Shown here piece after piece: positions 11,310-21,374 of a stretch of DNA of 23,727 nt. Under the pieces are notes generated by a model. That model saw nothing but the letters and a program-made list of their open reading frames with translations. It did not search any database and was not told the DNA's origin. Numbering within the stretch: position 1 is the stretch's first letter; the number at the start of each line of letters is the position of its first letter. This stretch comes from Octopus sinensis (lineage: Eukaryota): contig NW_021836542.1 of the NCBI RefSeq assembly GCF_006345805.1, positions 1 to 23,727 of the forward strand, written 5' to 3'. The translations under genes and the position numbers were made by a program.

Positions 11310-11388
11310 CTCTTCGAGCTGTTTCAATTCTAGTCCTTCTGAAAATTAATAAATATAATTTAAATTTATTTGAAATCTCGTCAGGGGT
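11310..11388 (-). ncRNA. Degenerate hammerhead-like motif with a long stem II
   Basis: Minus strand: CCC-CTGACGA-GATTT...(internal AATAAAT/ATTTATT hairpin)...GAATT-GAAAC-AGCT-CG. The cleavage triplet and stem I are decayed. Confidence 0.4.
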
Positions 11389-11551
11389 AGTTTAATATAT
11401 GCAAAATAGGTGTTCAATTCCTGGATGTTGAGTGTACGGCTGCACATTCAACTTTCAAATAATTTTAAATTTTATTAATTAATAAATAATAATCTATTAA
11501 TTATCTCTCAATATTCTTGTCGTATTATATATATATATATATATATATATA

Positions 11552-11652
11552 GGGAGAGTTTATGAAAAAAACAAAAGATGAAGACATGTGGTGTACAAAA
11601 GAAACAGATGTATTAGTATAACGCTCAGGAATAGGAAAATTCTTTTATATTC
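11552..11652 (-). mobile_element. Truncated distant relative of the 6073-6242 unit (3' part only)
   Basis: The reverse complement shares TTCCTG..CGT...TAATAC and the T-rich tail with 6157-6215. It abuts (TA)n at 11526-11551. Confidence 0.5.
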
Positions 11653-11849
11653 CTCCAGCATGGCCACTGTGAAATGACGGCAAGTATCTTATGATTTTTT
11701 TAGGGAGGATCCCTGTATGTTATCTTGTGTTCCCTTGAACCGTCACTTTTAGTCATGAATTTTACAGGGCAGGATCAAAATTCCAAGATTCCTATAGGAA
11801 CATACATTTTTCAAGAGCTAAGTGACACCTGTGCTTATTCAGTAACGAG

Positions 11850-12080
11850 GTATGTAGGCCCACTGAGTTTGTGTTCTGAAAAAAGGCGCATAAGAACACA
11901 CAAACATGCCTCTGCAGATCTATTAGAAGACCCATCACAAGGTTGCCACATTTGCAGGAAAGTATGCAAATCAAACGATGGACTCATGAGCCATTTGCGC
12001 AAGTATGCTTGTGCAAACTTTACAACCATAAATATTTAAAAGGAGATGGCCATCTTTTGTCAAGAAGCGGCAATCACCAC
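11850..12080 (+). mobile_element. RTE-like LINE 3' end with a C-terminal zinc-finger remnant
   Basis: ORF 11725-12039 ends KRRIR...CHICRKVCKSNDGLMSHLRKY (CxxC-12-HxxxH with the last H replaced by Y). A short UTR, ATGGCCATCTTTTGTCAAGAAG, and a microsatellite tail follow, as at RTE/BovB-like ends. Confidence 0.7.
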
Positions 12081-12109
12081 ATATATACATACATACATAT
12101 ACACACACA

Positions 12110-12194
<85 letters not shown>

Positions 12195-12305
12195 CTGACA
12201 CAGATACATATCTTCACTCGAACGCACACGATGAAAATAAGTATACGTACACACATACATACACACATACATATGTATGTATGTATTTATATATAAATAC
12301 ATACT
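12080..12305. repeat. (CATA)/(CA)n/(TA)n microsatellite
   Basis: Directly visible. Confidence 0.95.
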
Positions 12306-12519
12306 TTCACATAAACACAGCTAAGTAATCCCATTGGATATTTATTGCTTCTGAGTTTTATAACCGTTTTATGTTTTTCTCAATATGCACTGTTGCAGGA
12401 TCTCGCTGACGTAAATGCTTTTAAATGGCGCACACACAGACACACTGTGATATGCTATAAAATACCGATCGTACCTGAAATCACACGCTCCATATCATGA
12501 TAGAAATGCAGTGTGTTGA

Positions 12520-12910
12520 TATGGATATATACATATATATATACATATATAAACCTATGTATGTGTTACGTATGTATGTATGTAGGTATGTATGTATGTA
12601 TATATCTATATGTCTATACACACAAGTACACAAACATTCTTACACTCAATCTCTTTCTATCTCTAACAACACTAACATTTTTATGATATATAGGCACAAG
12701 CATAAACATATATATACCATATATATATATACCCATACATACATACATACATACATATACATACATACACACACATACATATACGTACATACACACACAT
12801 ATATATATATATACACATACATACACATATATATATATATACATGTATATCTATACACATACATATATATATACATATATATACATACTGACATATATAT
12901 ACATACTGAC

Positions 12911-12941
<31 letters not shown>

Positions 12942-12975
12942 AATACATGCATATATATATATATACACACACACT

Positions 12976-13016
<41 letters not shown>

Positions 13017-13071
13017 TACATATATACACACATATATACATACACTCACATATGTACATACATGCACATAA

Positions 13072-13104
<33 letters not shown>

Positions 13105-13175
13105 GTGTGTGTGTGTGCGTGTGTGTATGTGTGTATGTATGTATATGTATGTGTATGTATATATAGGCATATATG
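12520..13175. repeat. Large compound TA/CA/TG/CATA microsatellite
   Basis: Directly visible. It is the source of the 228-aa and 194-aa low-complexity ORFs. Confidence 0.95.
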
Positions 13176-13373
13176 ATTCATAGATGGGAATCAGATATTC
13201 TCCCAATGGAGTACACTCAGTAGAGCTCAAGAGGCTGAAACTTGAGCAGGTCGAGGAGTAAACATAAGGATAAGCAAGTTAGGTCGATATACAAAGAATA
13301 TTAAACCCACACCACACACGTACACACTCACACGCATCCTCTCTCTTTCTCTCTCTCTCTGTGTTTCCCCTAT

Positions 13374-13415
<42 letters not shown>

Positions 13416-13469
13416 ATTATAGAGGGCTTAAATTTCTGTCACTACAACTGCTATATAGTGTTGTTCTTG

Positions 13470-13523
<54 letters not shown>
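13470..13523. repeat. (TAC)n microsatellite
   Basis: Directly visible. Confidence 0.97.
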
Positions 13524-13837
13524 AATTACGACTACTACAAGTATTCTTGCCATGCGTTTATCAATTTTGCATCTTCTATATTTTTTGTAAAAGCTCAAAC
13601 TTGCAAGTTTAATGAAGATTTTTCCCTTGGTTTTATCTTTTAAACATAATGCACTCCTAGCGGGAGGTTTTCCCTAATAATTGCAAGTATATTCCCAATG
13701 AACCTAATTCTATTTTTCACTCCCTACCCTCATCCATATGTGAAATATTTCCGTATATATGTTTTCCTTTTATTTTAGCTCTTGGACCCCCACGTCCATA
13801 CACAATGGTTCAGTGGTATATTTTGTTGGTTTTGTGT

Positions 13838-13891
13838 AAACAAATTGGACGACCCAGTTTCGTTTCCCAATGGGAGACGGTCCATTTGCTT
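13838..13891 (-). ncRNA. Hammerhead-fold relic lacking the UGANGA core
   Basis: Minus strand: AAGCAAATGGAC-C-GTCTCCC-ATT-GGGAAAC-GAAAC-TGG-GTC-GTCCAATTTGTTT. Stems I, II and III, the GAAA box and the GUC triplet are all in register. Confidence 0.6.
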
Positions 13892-14176
13892 GCTCCCAAC
13901 ATAATTGTCGTCATGAATGGAGACAAGCAGGATAGTAGCTGGTTTATCATGGAAATTTAAGGTCGGGGAAGCAGGGAGGGGAGATAACATCCTTTCATAC
14001 CCTTTGATGAAGGTCACTACACCTATTAATTATTTAACCTCTTCTTCGTAAGTAATAGCAACAACAATAACAACAACGCCTGCTACATGTGAGTTCATTT
14101 TATAGTATTTAGTGATATCCGTATTCAAACATACCTAGACTCACACAATGCAAGTCGTTCACGCTCTTATCACACA

Positions 14177-14218
<42 letters not shown>

Positions 14219-14267
14219 GTGTGTGTGTGTGTGTGTATGTGTTGTGTGTGTGTGTGTGTGTGTGTAA

Positions 14268-14570
14268 AAAAATACAAACTGGGACAAGAACGCAAAACAT
14301 TTAGAAGACGATACAAAAAACACGGACGAGACATTCGAAGCCTTCAATCTTCAGTTAAGAACCGGAACATCCTCGCAATTTCGGCTGATTAATCTTGAGA
14401 TTGCTCCGATCTGGCCAGCCCCAAAGGAAAAACTAAGCCAAGCGCATTAGATTCCTTGGAAGAAAGCCTCGAACGTATACAAAACAGGGACGGAAAAACG
14501 GACGATGTTACACGAATAAGAATACAAAAATACTTAAAAACAATAATGATAATAATAATAACAAAAACAA
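14268..14570. mobile_element. Probable interspersed repeat between microsatellites, class unknown
   Basis: Complex block bounded by (TG)n and (AAT)n/(TA)n that I recall as a multicopy Octopus repeat. Not verifiable within the window. Confidence 0.4.
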
Positions 14571-14619
14571 CATTATATATATAGTGTTTATATGTAGATT
14601 ACGTGGCAGTTGATCCGAT

Positions 14620-14660
14620 TAACGTGCACCCTTAACTACTGGGCCATTGCGCCTCCACAT
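14620..14660 (-). mobile_element. tRNA-like head fragment of SINE family C
   Basis: The reverse complement GGAGGCGCAATGGCCCAGTAGTTAAGGGTGC contains an A-box-like motif and resembles 17465-17490. Confidence 0.55.
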
Positions 14661-14711
14661 ATACAGATTATATATATACACACATACATTATATATATAA
14701 TGTGTGTGCAT

Positions 14712-14892
14712 GTGTGTGTGTTCCGTCACTGTTTGACAACCGTTGCTGGTGTGTTTACATCCCCGTAATTTAGCCGTTCGGGAGAAGAAACCAATGGAAT
14801 AATTACTAGGCGTAAGAGATAAGTCTTGGGGGCCGATTTTCTCGATTAAAACCATCATGGCCGCAGTCAAATGACTGAAACAAGTTAAAGAA
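14712..14892 (+). mobile_element. SINE family A 3' module
   Basis: TTGACAACCG...GGTGTGTTTAC...CATGGCCGCAGTCAAATGACTGAAACAAGT. Confidence 0.85.
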
Positions 14893-14931
14893 TGTATAAA
14901 CACACACACACACACACACATATATATTTTT

Positions 14932-15297
14932 TTCTCTTTTACTTGTTTCAGTCATTTGACTGCGGCCATGCTGGAGCACTGCCTTTAATCGAGCAACTCG
15001 ACCCCGGGACTTATTCTTTGTAAGCCCAGTACTTATTCTATCGGTCTCTTTTGCCGAACGGCCAAGTGACGGGGACATAAACAAACATAGACACACAAAC
15101 ATACACGCACATACATATATATATTATACACATATATACGACGGGCTTCTTTCAGTTTCCGTCTACCAAATCCACTCACAAGGCTTTGGTCGGCCCAAGG
15201 TCATAGTAGAAGACACTTGCCCAAGGTGCCACGCAGTGGGACTGAACCCGGAACCATGCGGTTGGTAAACAAGCTACTTACCACACAGCCACTCCTG
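14932..15297 (-). mobile_element. SINE family A, near full length, low divergence
   Basis: Reverse complement of 19656-20022 and 23032-23490. Confidence 0.93.
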
Positions 15298-15370
15298 TAA
15301 GCACAATTTTTATTCCATTCTTGATCATAACTGCCCGACGAACGGAAATGCGAGACACTGAGTCTCAGAT

Positions 15371-15371
<1 letters not shown>

Positions 15372-15440
<69 letters not shown>
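15372..15440. repeat. (TA)n(GA)n microsatellite
   Basis: Directly visible. Confidence 0.96.
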
Positions 15441-15445
<5 letters not shown>

Positions 15446-15641
15446 GTGGGGTAGATAACTACAGACAGACACAGAGACAGACACAAACATACATGCGAGC
15501 ACGCATAAACATTTATACAGAATTAAATATGCAACCAATCGCTTGTGTTCACTCAAAACCACTAAAAATGTCTTCGCACGCACACACACTCACACACACA
15601 TACATCTGAGAGCGCACACGTACGGACTCATAGTTACATAC

Positions 15642-15772
15642 AGGTGTGTGGCCTGACGGTGAGGGTATTTGTCTCTATATCATTGTGTTGGGAGTTCGAT
15701 TACCTGACCAGTATCAATATATTCCTTTTCAACTCGCTTCAGTCAACCCAAATATTAGTAGAAGCCATGTGC
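15642..15772 (+). mobile_element. Decayed tRNA-derived SINE (family C-like)
   Basis: A-box-like TGGCCTGACGG and B-box GTTCGATTAC at tRNA spacing. GCTTCAGTC is shared with about 17574-17582. Confidence 0.5.
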
Positions 15773-15779
15773 TAGTGCA

Positions 15780-15815
<36 letters not shown>

Positions 15816-17464
15816 CTCTCTTTCTCTCTCCTACTTTCTGTCATATGTTTGATGCTCCGCTGGCTCAGGTAAGCGTGGATGTCGACCATGTTCTGTTCGT
15901 GGCTCCAGACACACCTAAGTCAATTAGCGAAATGCAAAGTGCACAAAATGCAACAGAAAGTATAGCTTATATAGCAGTTACAATGTGAAAATCTCATTTT
16001 ATCCATTAGAAAACAGAAATTCTTACCTCAAATTAGTCACTTTTAGTCCATGTCAAAATTCTGTCCGCGATTTGGTCACAAACACAATTCTATTATATTC
16101 CAAAGGAAATATATATCACTGAGCAAGTCAGAGACAGTGTCGTGAAAATATTAACGCCAAATAATTGAGTGTTATATGTAGTTAACAGTTTCTTTGTGTT
16201 TTCGAATGGTTAAAATGAACCTTCAATGTTGAAATTGCTTTTGTTTCAACACACGGTCTCAGATTAGCTCACTTGTTTAGCCAGTGACATGTACAAGTCT
16301 GAAATACATCTTATAAAAGTTTCGTTGAATAGGAGATCTACTGTTCGATCGGCTGCTTCCGGATTGCACATCAGACATATAGATTTGCTCTTAATGACTG
16401 TCTGATAGAGAAAGCGGATATCTCCTTGTCACTAAAGTCTTGGTGTCAGCCAAATGACAACCGAAACCCATCGTGAATATCGTATAGCCAAATGTGATAA
16501 AGGTAAATTATCTCACCTCTATGAATAGAACAAAATCGTTGTAACGATCTAGATCGCAGAGTAAGAGGTTGAGGAAGAAACAGCTCGACAGTTCGACATT
16601 CAGAAAATAAGTAAATAAATGTGAGGTGTGTAAGAACAACTATGTTACTCTCTCACGGAACTGTAAATCCTAACCAACAATTGAAGGATTCACCCATATT
16701 GTATTCACCTGAATATTTCCTTATCCATCTTCCCAAACAATGTTTACTAAATCTCTGGAGTTTTGTTTCTTCTTAAGTCACCTTTCTCGGCACAGTCACT
16801 GGTTTCCCCTTTCACAGCAATAGAAAAAGTCCAGCTAACGGAAACCTGTTTTAAATCTCTGCCATTCTTGTGTTGATTAATGAATATACGTATGCATATT
16901 CGTGTATGTGCACGTGTGTATGAATATATGTAAGCATTTATTTGTATGCATGTGTGTGTGAGTGTGTGTGTGTGAGTGCATGTTTGTGTCTACGCCTGAG
17001 GCTTCCATGAGTTTCTATCTATTAAATGCATTCAAGTTTGTGTGCACAGGTGGTAGCAAAACGAGCTTCTTAACTAGGATGCCATGTTCGCGACTGGCTT
17101 CTTTCATTTTTTTCTGCTCTAGAGGCCAGTAACTGTAACTGCTGCAATCTACCCTCGCTTCCAGATGAATATCATCGTTGATATTTCAACTTTCCTTGAT
17201 ATCAGCCGTTTCTATTTTCTTCGCAAAACACACACACACACAGCAATATATTATTGCTTGCTGAGATCAAGTAAGCAGAGCAACCGCTTGATTTATTACA
17301 GTATAATAATTCATATATATTAGTGTTGACTGTAACAGATGCATACACTTTTCCCTCGGTCAGGAGATTTCCTGAAATATTCCCAATCCACATCGAAAGA
17401 CCTCACAAACAAGTGAAACGACTCTACATCCGTTGCAGTCAAAGATTTGCCATTAATAATTGCC

Positions 17465-17700
17465 TCGCGTAACATAGTGGTTAGGATGTTGGATTCATGA
17501 TCCTAAGATTGTGGTTTCTAATCCTGGGCCGGTTGATTTAGTGTGACTTGAGCAAAACACTTCATTTCATGTTGCTTCAGTCCACTTAGTTGGGAAACAT
17601 TTAGTAATCCAGTGATGGAAAGTGACCCTTCAATGGGGAGTATTTGTAACGCTAGAGAAGCCAGGAAACCAGACCTATGAATCTATATCACTTTGGAAAA
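17465..17700 (+). mobile_element. SINE family C (tRNA head plus CORE-like GTGACTTGAGCAAAACACTT), diverged
   Basis: TAACATAGTGGTTAGG A-box region, decayed B-box GTTTCTAATCC, then a CORE-like segment. Confidence 0.65.
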
Positions 17701-18030
17701 AGCTTTAGCCATTTTCAGATTTAGGTACCATCGACCCCTTTATCTTGATATAAAGGATACTATATCAGACAAAAAACAAAGGTAACACGGGCGGCACTTA
17801 AAAGTTGAAGGTTGATGTCGGGTAGAAATAATGCAAACCAATGTATTGCTGACATTCTAAAGTCTCTGATGGATTCTATGATGAATTTATTATCGAACTA
17901 GCACGCGCGCACACAGACACATACATTTATTTAAAGTAATCATTTATATTTTATCCTTTGTCTTTTCCTAATATTTGTCTTTTGTTGTGTTCTTTCTGTC
18001 TTACCCTTGATTTATATATATATATATAAT

Positions 18031-18371
18031 ACAGTTCTATATTTAAGAGAAGAGGAATTATGTACATTATTTATATTATTTACATTATGTGCATTCGACG
18101 GATATTTGTCCTCATCTTGTTTGTTGTTAACACAACGTTTCGGCTGATATACCGTCCAGCCTTCTTCAGGTGTCGGAGAAATTTCGAACCTGGGTTCTCA
18201 TTCCTAAGGTATTTTTCGATGTTGTCGTTGTTATTATTTTTATTAATATTATTATTATCATTATTATTATTATTATTATTATTTTATTATTATTATTATT
18301 ATTATTATTGCTGTTGTTGTTGTTGCTGTTGTTTTTGTTCAGGTCACTGCTTGGAATCGAACTCGGAATCT
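18031..18371 (-). mobile_element. B-box plus hammerhead unit, left arm of the palindrome
   Basis: Minus strand order: GTTCGATTCC (18353-62), (CAA)n(TAA)n, HHR (18129-74), then an AT-rich tail ending at (TA)n. Confidence 0.8.
18129..18174 (-). ncRNA. Minimal type I hammerhead ribozyme
   Basis: Minus strand: GACAC-CTGAAGA-A-GGCTG-GACGGTATAT-CAGCC-GAAAC-GTT-GTGTT. It has a 5-bp stem I, a 5-bp stem II, a palindromic AACGTT stem III and a GUU triplet. Confidence 0.82.
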
Positions 18372-18459
18372 AACCCGAAGAATCCGAGTTCTATTCCAAG
18401 CAGTGACCTGAACAGCAACAACAACAACAACAACAACAAAAACAACAACACACAACAAC

Positions 18460-18490
<31 letters not shown>

Positions 18491-18630
18491 TCGAAAAGTA
18501 CCATAGGAATGAGAACCCATGTTCGAAATTTCCCCAAGATACCATGAAAAAAGCTGGAAAGGTAAATCAATCGAAACGTTGTGTTAACAACAAACAAGAT
18601 GAGGAGAACTATACGTCGAATGCAAATAAT
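18372..18630 (+). mobile_element. B-box plus hammerhead unit, right arm (HHR decayed, 18538-18585)
   Basis: Reverse complement of 18085-18371. The HHR reads ATGAAAA-AAGCTG...CAATC-GAAACGTT-GTGTT. Confidence 0.8.
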
Positions 18631-18647
18631 ATATATATATATATATA

Positions 18648-18778
18648 GGCGCAGGCATAATTGCGCGGTAAAGAATCTCAGTGAAATTGCATGATATCTG
18701 GTTCAGCCTCACTGCTTGGCAGTTTGGACGAGTCCGGACCGACGAATGACTTGTGACTAAATTTCCTAGACTGAATAT
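18648..18778 (+). mobile_element. Highly diverged SINE family A 5' part
   Basis: GGCGCAGGC...GCGGTAAAGAA...GGTTCAGCCTCACTGCTTGGCA...GGACCGAC...CTTGTGA. Confidence 0.6.
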
Positions 18779-18887
18779 GTGTTTGTATGTCATTATTTAG
18801 TTCATTTCAAGATTTTTTGCCAATGGTTTCTTATCTAAATCCGATGGTCCTTCATTGGAATTTCAAAATCAGCAACGGAAATTTTGC

Positions 18888-19390
18888 ATGTATGTATGTA
18901 TGTATGTATGTATGTATGTATGTATGTATGTATGTATGTATGCATGTATGTATGTATGTATGTATGTATGTATGTATGTATGTATGTATGTATGTATGTA
19001 TGTATATGTATGTATGTATGTATGTATGCATGCATGCATGCATGTATGTATGTATGTATGTATGTATGCATGCATGCATGCATCATGCATGCATGTATGT
19101 TATGCATGCATGCATTATGTATGTATGTATGTATGTATGTATGTATGTTGGTATGTTGTATGTATTATGTATGTATATGTATGTATATTAGTTATGTATG
19201 TAATGTATGCTGCATGCATGCATGCATGTAGTATGTATGTATGTATGTATGTATGTATGTATGTATGTATGTATGCATGCATGCATGCATGTATGTATGT
19301 ATGCATGCATGTATGTATGTATGTATGTATGTATGTATGTATGTATGTATATATGTATGTATAGTATGTATGTATGTATGTATGTATGTA
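18888..19390. repeat. ~500-bp (TATG)n/(CATG)n microsatellite
   Basis: Directly visible. It is the source of the MYVC/HTYI ORFs. Confidence 0.98.
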
Positions 19391-19631
19391 TTTTGCTTTA
19401 TGTTTGTACACTTATGCATATAGTGACACATCTAGACGTGCTCATATACATCTGGAAAGATTTACAGGTTTTTACAGTTCCTGTGATGGATTGGATCTGT
19501 AGTTTTCGAATTAGCTTTTTCCTTTCTGGTTTTGAAAAGCCTAATTTCTCAAGATTGGTATTTAGGCAATGTGTTACATATTCCAGGGAGCCAATAATTA
19601 CAGGTATAAACCTGAACTTGTAATATGGATG
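19391..19631 (-). mobile_element. 3' end of an RLE-type non-LTR retrotransposon (R4/Dong/NeSL-like)
   Basis: YKFRFIPVIIGSLEYVTHCLNTNLEKLGF...IRKLQIQSITGTVKTCKSF resembles the PIVIGALG...LKKLG...LQ.S.L.GT..I terminal motif of restriction-like-endonuclease LINE ORFs. Confidence 0.7.
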
Positions 19632-19655
19632 TATATAAGTTTGCTTCTTTATATA

Positions 19656-20022
19656 GGCGCAGGAGTGGCTCTGTGGTAAGTAGCTTACTTCCCAACATGG
19701 TTCTGGGTCCAGTCCCACTGCGTAGCACCTTGGGCAAGTGTCTTCTACTATAGCCTCGGGCTGACCAAAGCCTTGTGAGTGGATTTGGTAGACGGAAACT
19801 GAAAGAGGCTCGTCTTATATATGCATGTGTGTGTATGTGTTTGTGTGTCTGTGTTTTTCCCCCAACATCGCTTGACAACAGATGCTACTGTGTTTACTTC
19901 CCCGTAACTTAGCGGTTCGGCAAAAAGACCGATATAATAAGTACTAGGCTTACAAAGTATAAGTCCTGGGGCCGATTTGCTCGACTAAAGGCGGTGCTCC
20001 AGCATGGCCACAAGTAAAAGAG
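19656..20022 (+). mobile_element. SINE family A, full length
   Basis: GGCGCAGGAGTGGCT...GGCAAGTGTCTTCTACTATAGCCTCGGG...GCTCCAGCATGGCC. There is a short deletion near the 3' end relative to 23445-23475. Confidence 0.93.
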
Positions 20023-20283
20023 TATATGTTTGTATATACGTATATGTACATATATATATATATATGTGTGTGCATGTGTGTGTGTACGTGTATGTGTATG
20101 TGTGGTGTGCGAATCTATGTATGTACTTATATATGTAGGCATGTATGTGAGTGTTTGCGAGGGTATGTGTTTTGGAGTTGAATTGTACGATAAAACCTTG
20201 AAGGAGATGCCCCAGCATGGGTGCTTGTGAGTGTTTAAAGGATACACACAAAATACCCACAAACACACCTCCCTTATGTCTTT

Positions 20284-20317
<34 letters not shown>

Positions 20318-20749
20318 GCACCTACATATGCTTAACTATGTGTATGTGTGTGTGTCTGTGTGTCTGTGTGTGTGTATACAAACACTTACATATTATCCTT
20401 ATGACCTTTTATCTACATTCCCACCGTTGACAAACAACTTCCACAACCTACCGACCATACTACTCTGCGCTCACCGACCACCTCCACTCTCCGTCCAATC
20501 CTTTCCTTTCTCAACAACAACAAAAAAAACAATAACAACAACGCAAAAACAGAACTTCAAACCGACCCTTCAGCACTCCTTCTTCTTCCCACAAATACTC
20601 TCCTTGGCTATTTCAGTCTTCCATCGAGTAGCAGCGGGATACAACGAGAATGGAAATACTACTAGTAGTAGTATTGTAGCATCAGTAGTATTACTAATGG
20701 TGTGTTTAGTATAATTTCAAGTAGTTGTTTGTTTGTGACTGACTTCTGT

Positions 20750-20904
20750 ACGTGTGTGTGTATGTGTGTATGTGTGTATGTGTGTGCACGCTTGTATGTT
20801 TAAATATGTATATATAAGTCTAGACAAATGTATGAATGTACGTATGTGTGTTTATATATATGTGTGTGTGTGTATATATATGAGCGTGTATATATGTGTG
20901 TGTG

Positions 20905-20935
<31 letters not shown>

Positions 20936-20970
20936 CACATGCATACATAAATATATACATATATATATAT
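20750..20970. repeat. TG/TA compound microsatellite
   Basis: Directly visible. Confidence 0.92.
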
Positions 20971-21350
20971 TCTTTTACCTGCTTCGGTCTTTTGACTGCT
21001 GCCATGCTGGAGCACTGCGTTTAGTGGAATGAAGACTCCCCAGGACTTATCCCTTTAAGTCCAGTATTTATTCTACCGGTCCCTTTTGCCGAAACGTAAA
21101 CACACCAACATCGGTTGTCAATCGATGGTGTTGACGAGAAGGGGGGACGGGAGGGGGCAGAACTAAACACGCAAATATATACATATTTGATATACGACGG
21201 GTTTCTTTCAGTTTCTGTTTACCAAATCCACTCACACATCTATGATCCTCCCGTGTTTATTGAAGAAAACAATTGCCCAAGGTGCCACGCAGTGGAACCG
21301 AAACCGTGTGTTTGGGAAGTGAGCTTCTTGCGACACCGCCACTCCACTGC
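20970..21350 (-). mobile_element. SINE family A, diverged near-full-length copy
   Basis: GCCATGCTGGAGCACTGC...CCCCAGGACTTAT...TTGCCCAAGGTGCCACGCAGTGG is colinear with 14932-15297. Confidence 0.85.
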
Positions 21351-21374
21351 ACATGTATATGCAAGTATATGCAT

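Noticed and set aside
11725-12039. C2H2 zinc-finger host gene
   Set aside because: There is a single degenerate finger at the ORF end, followed by an RTE-like UTR and a repeat tail. A LINE terminus explains it better.
13760-13960. Strong splice acceptor (TTTTCCTTTTATTTTAG at 13778) with a ~60-codon open frame
   Set aside because: No recognisable protein or convincing donor is present, and the region overlaps a probable repeat-derived hammerhead relic.
14004-14024. TTGATGA-AGGT-CACTAC-ACCT half hammerhead
   Set aside because: The first core base is mismatched and no GAAA follows.
14325-14360. Minus-strand CTGAAGA-TT-GAAGGCTTC-GAATGTC
   Set aside because: It has GAAT rather than GAAAC, a weak stem II and no stem I.
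16417-16481. Three-way fold with a GGTGTCA/TGACAACC stem followed by GAAAC
   Set aside because: The 5' core reads TAAAGTCTT instead of CTGANGA, and stem III is not formed.
16690-16880. Possible second RTE relic on the minus strand (FFYCCE..., KLQRFSKHCLGR)
   Set aside because: The similarity to LLYGCETW...KLQ.F...CLRRI is too weak and frameshift-dependent to call without a search.
17863-17902. CTGATGGAT...ATCGAACTAG hammerhead-like relic
   Set aside because: Both core boxes are defective and there is no stem I.
18353-18397. tRNA gene suggested by GTTCGATTCC
   Set aside because: Only the T-loop/B-box portion is present, with no cloverleaf. It belongs to the palindromic repeat.
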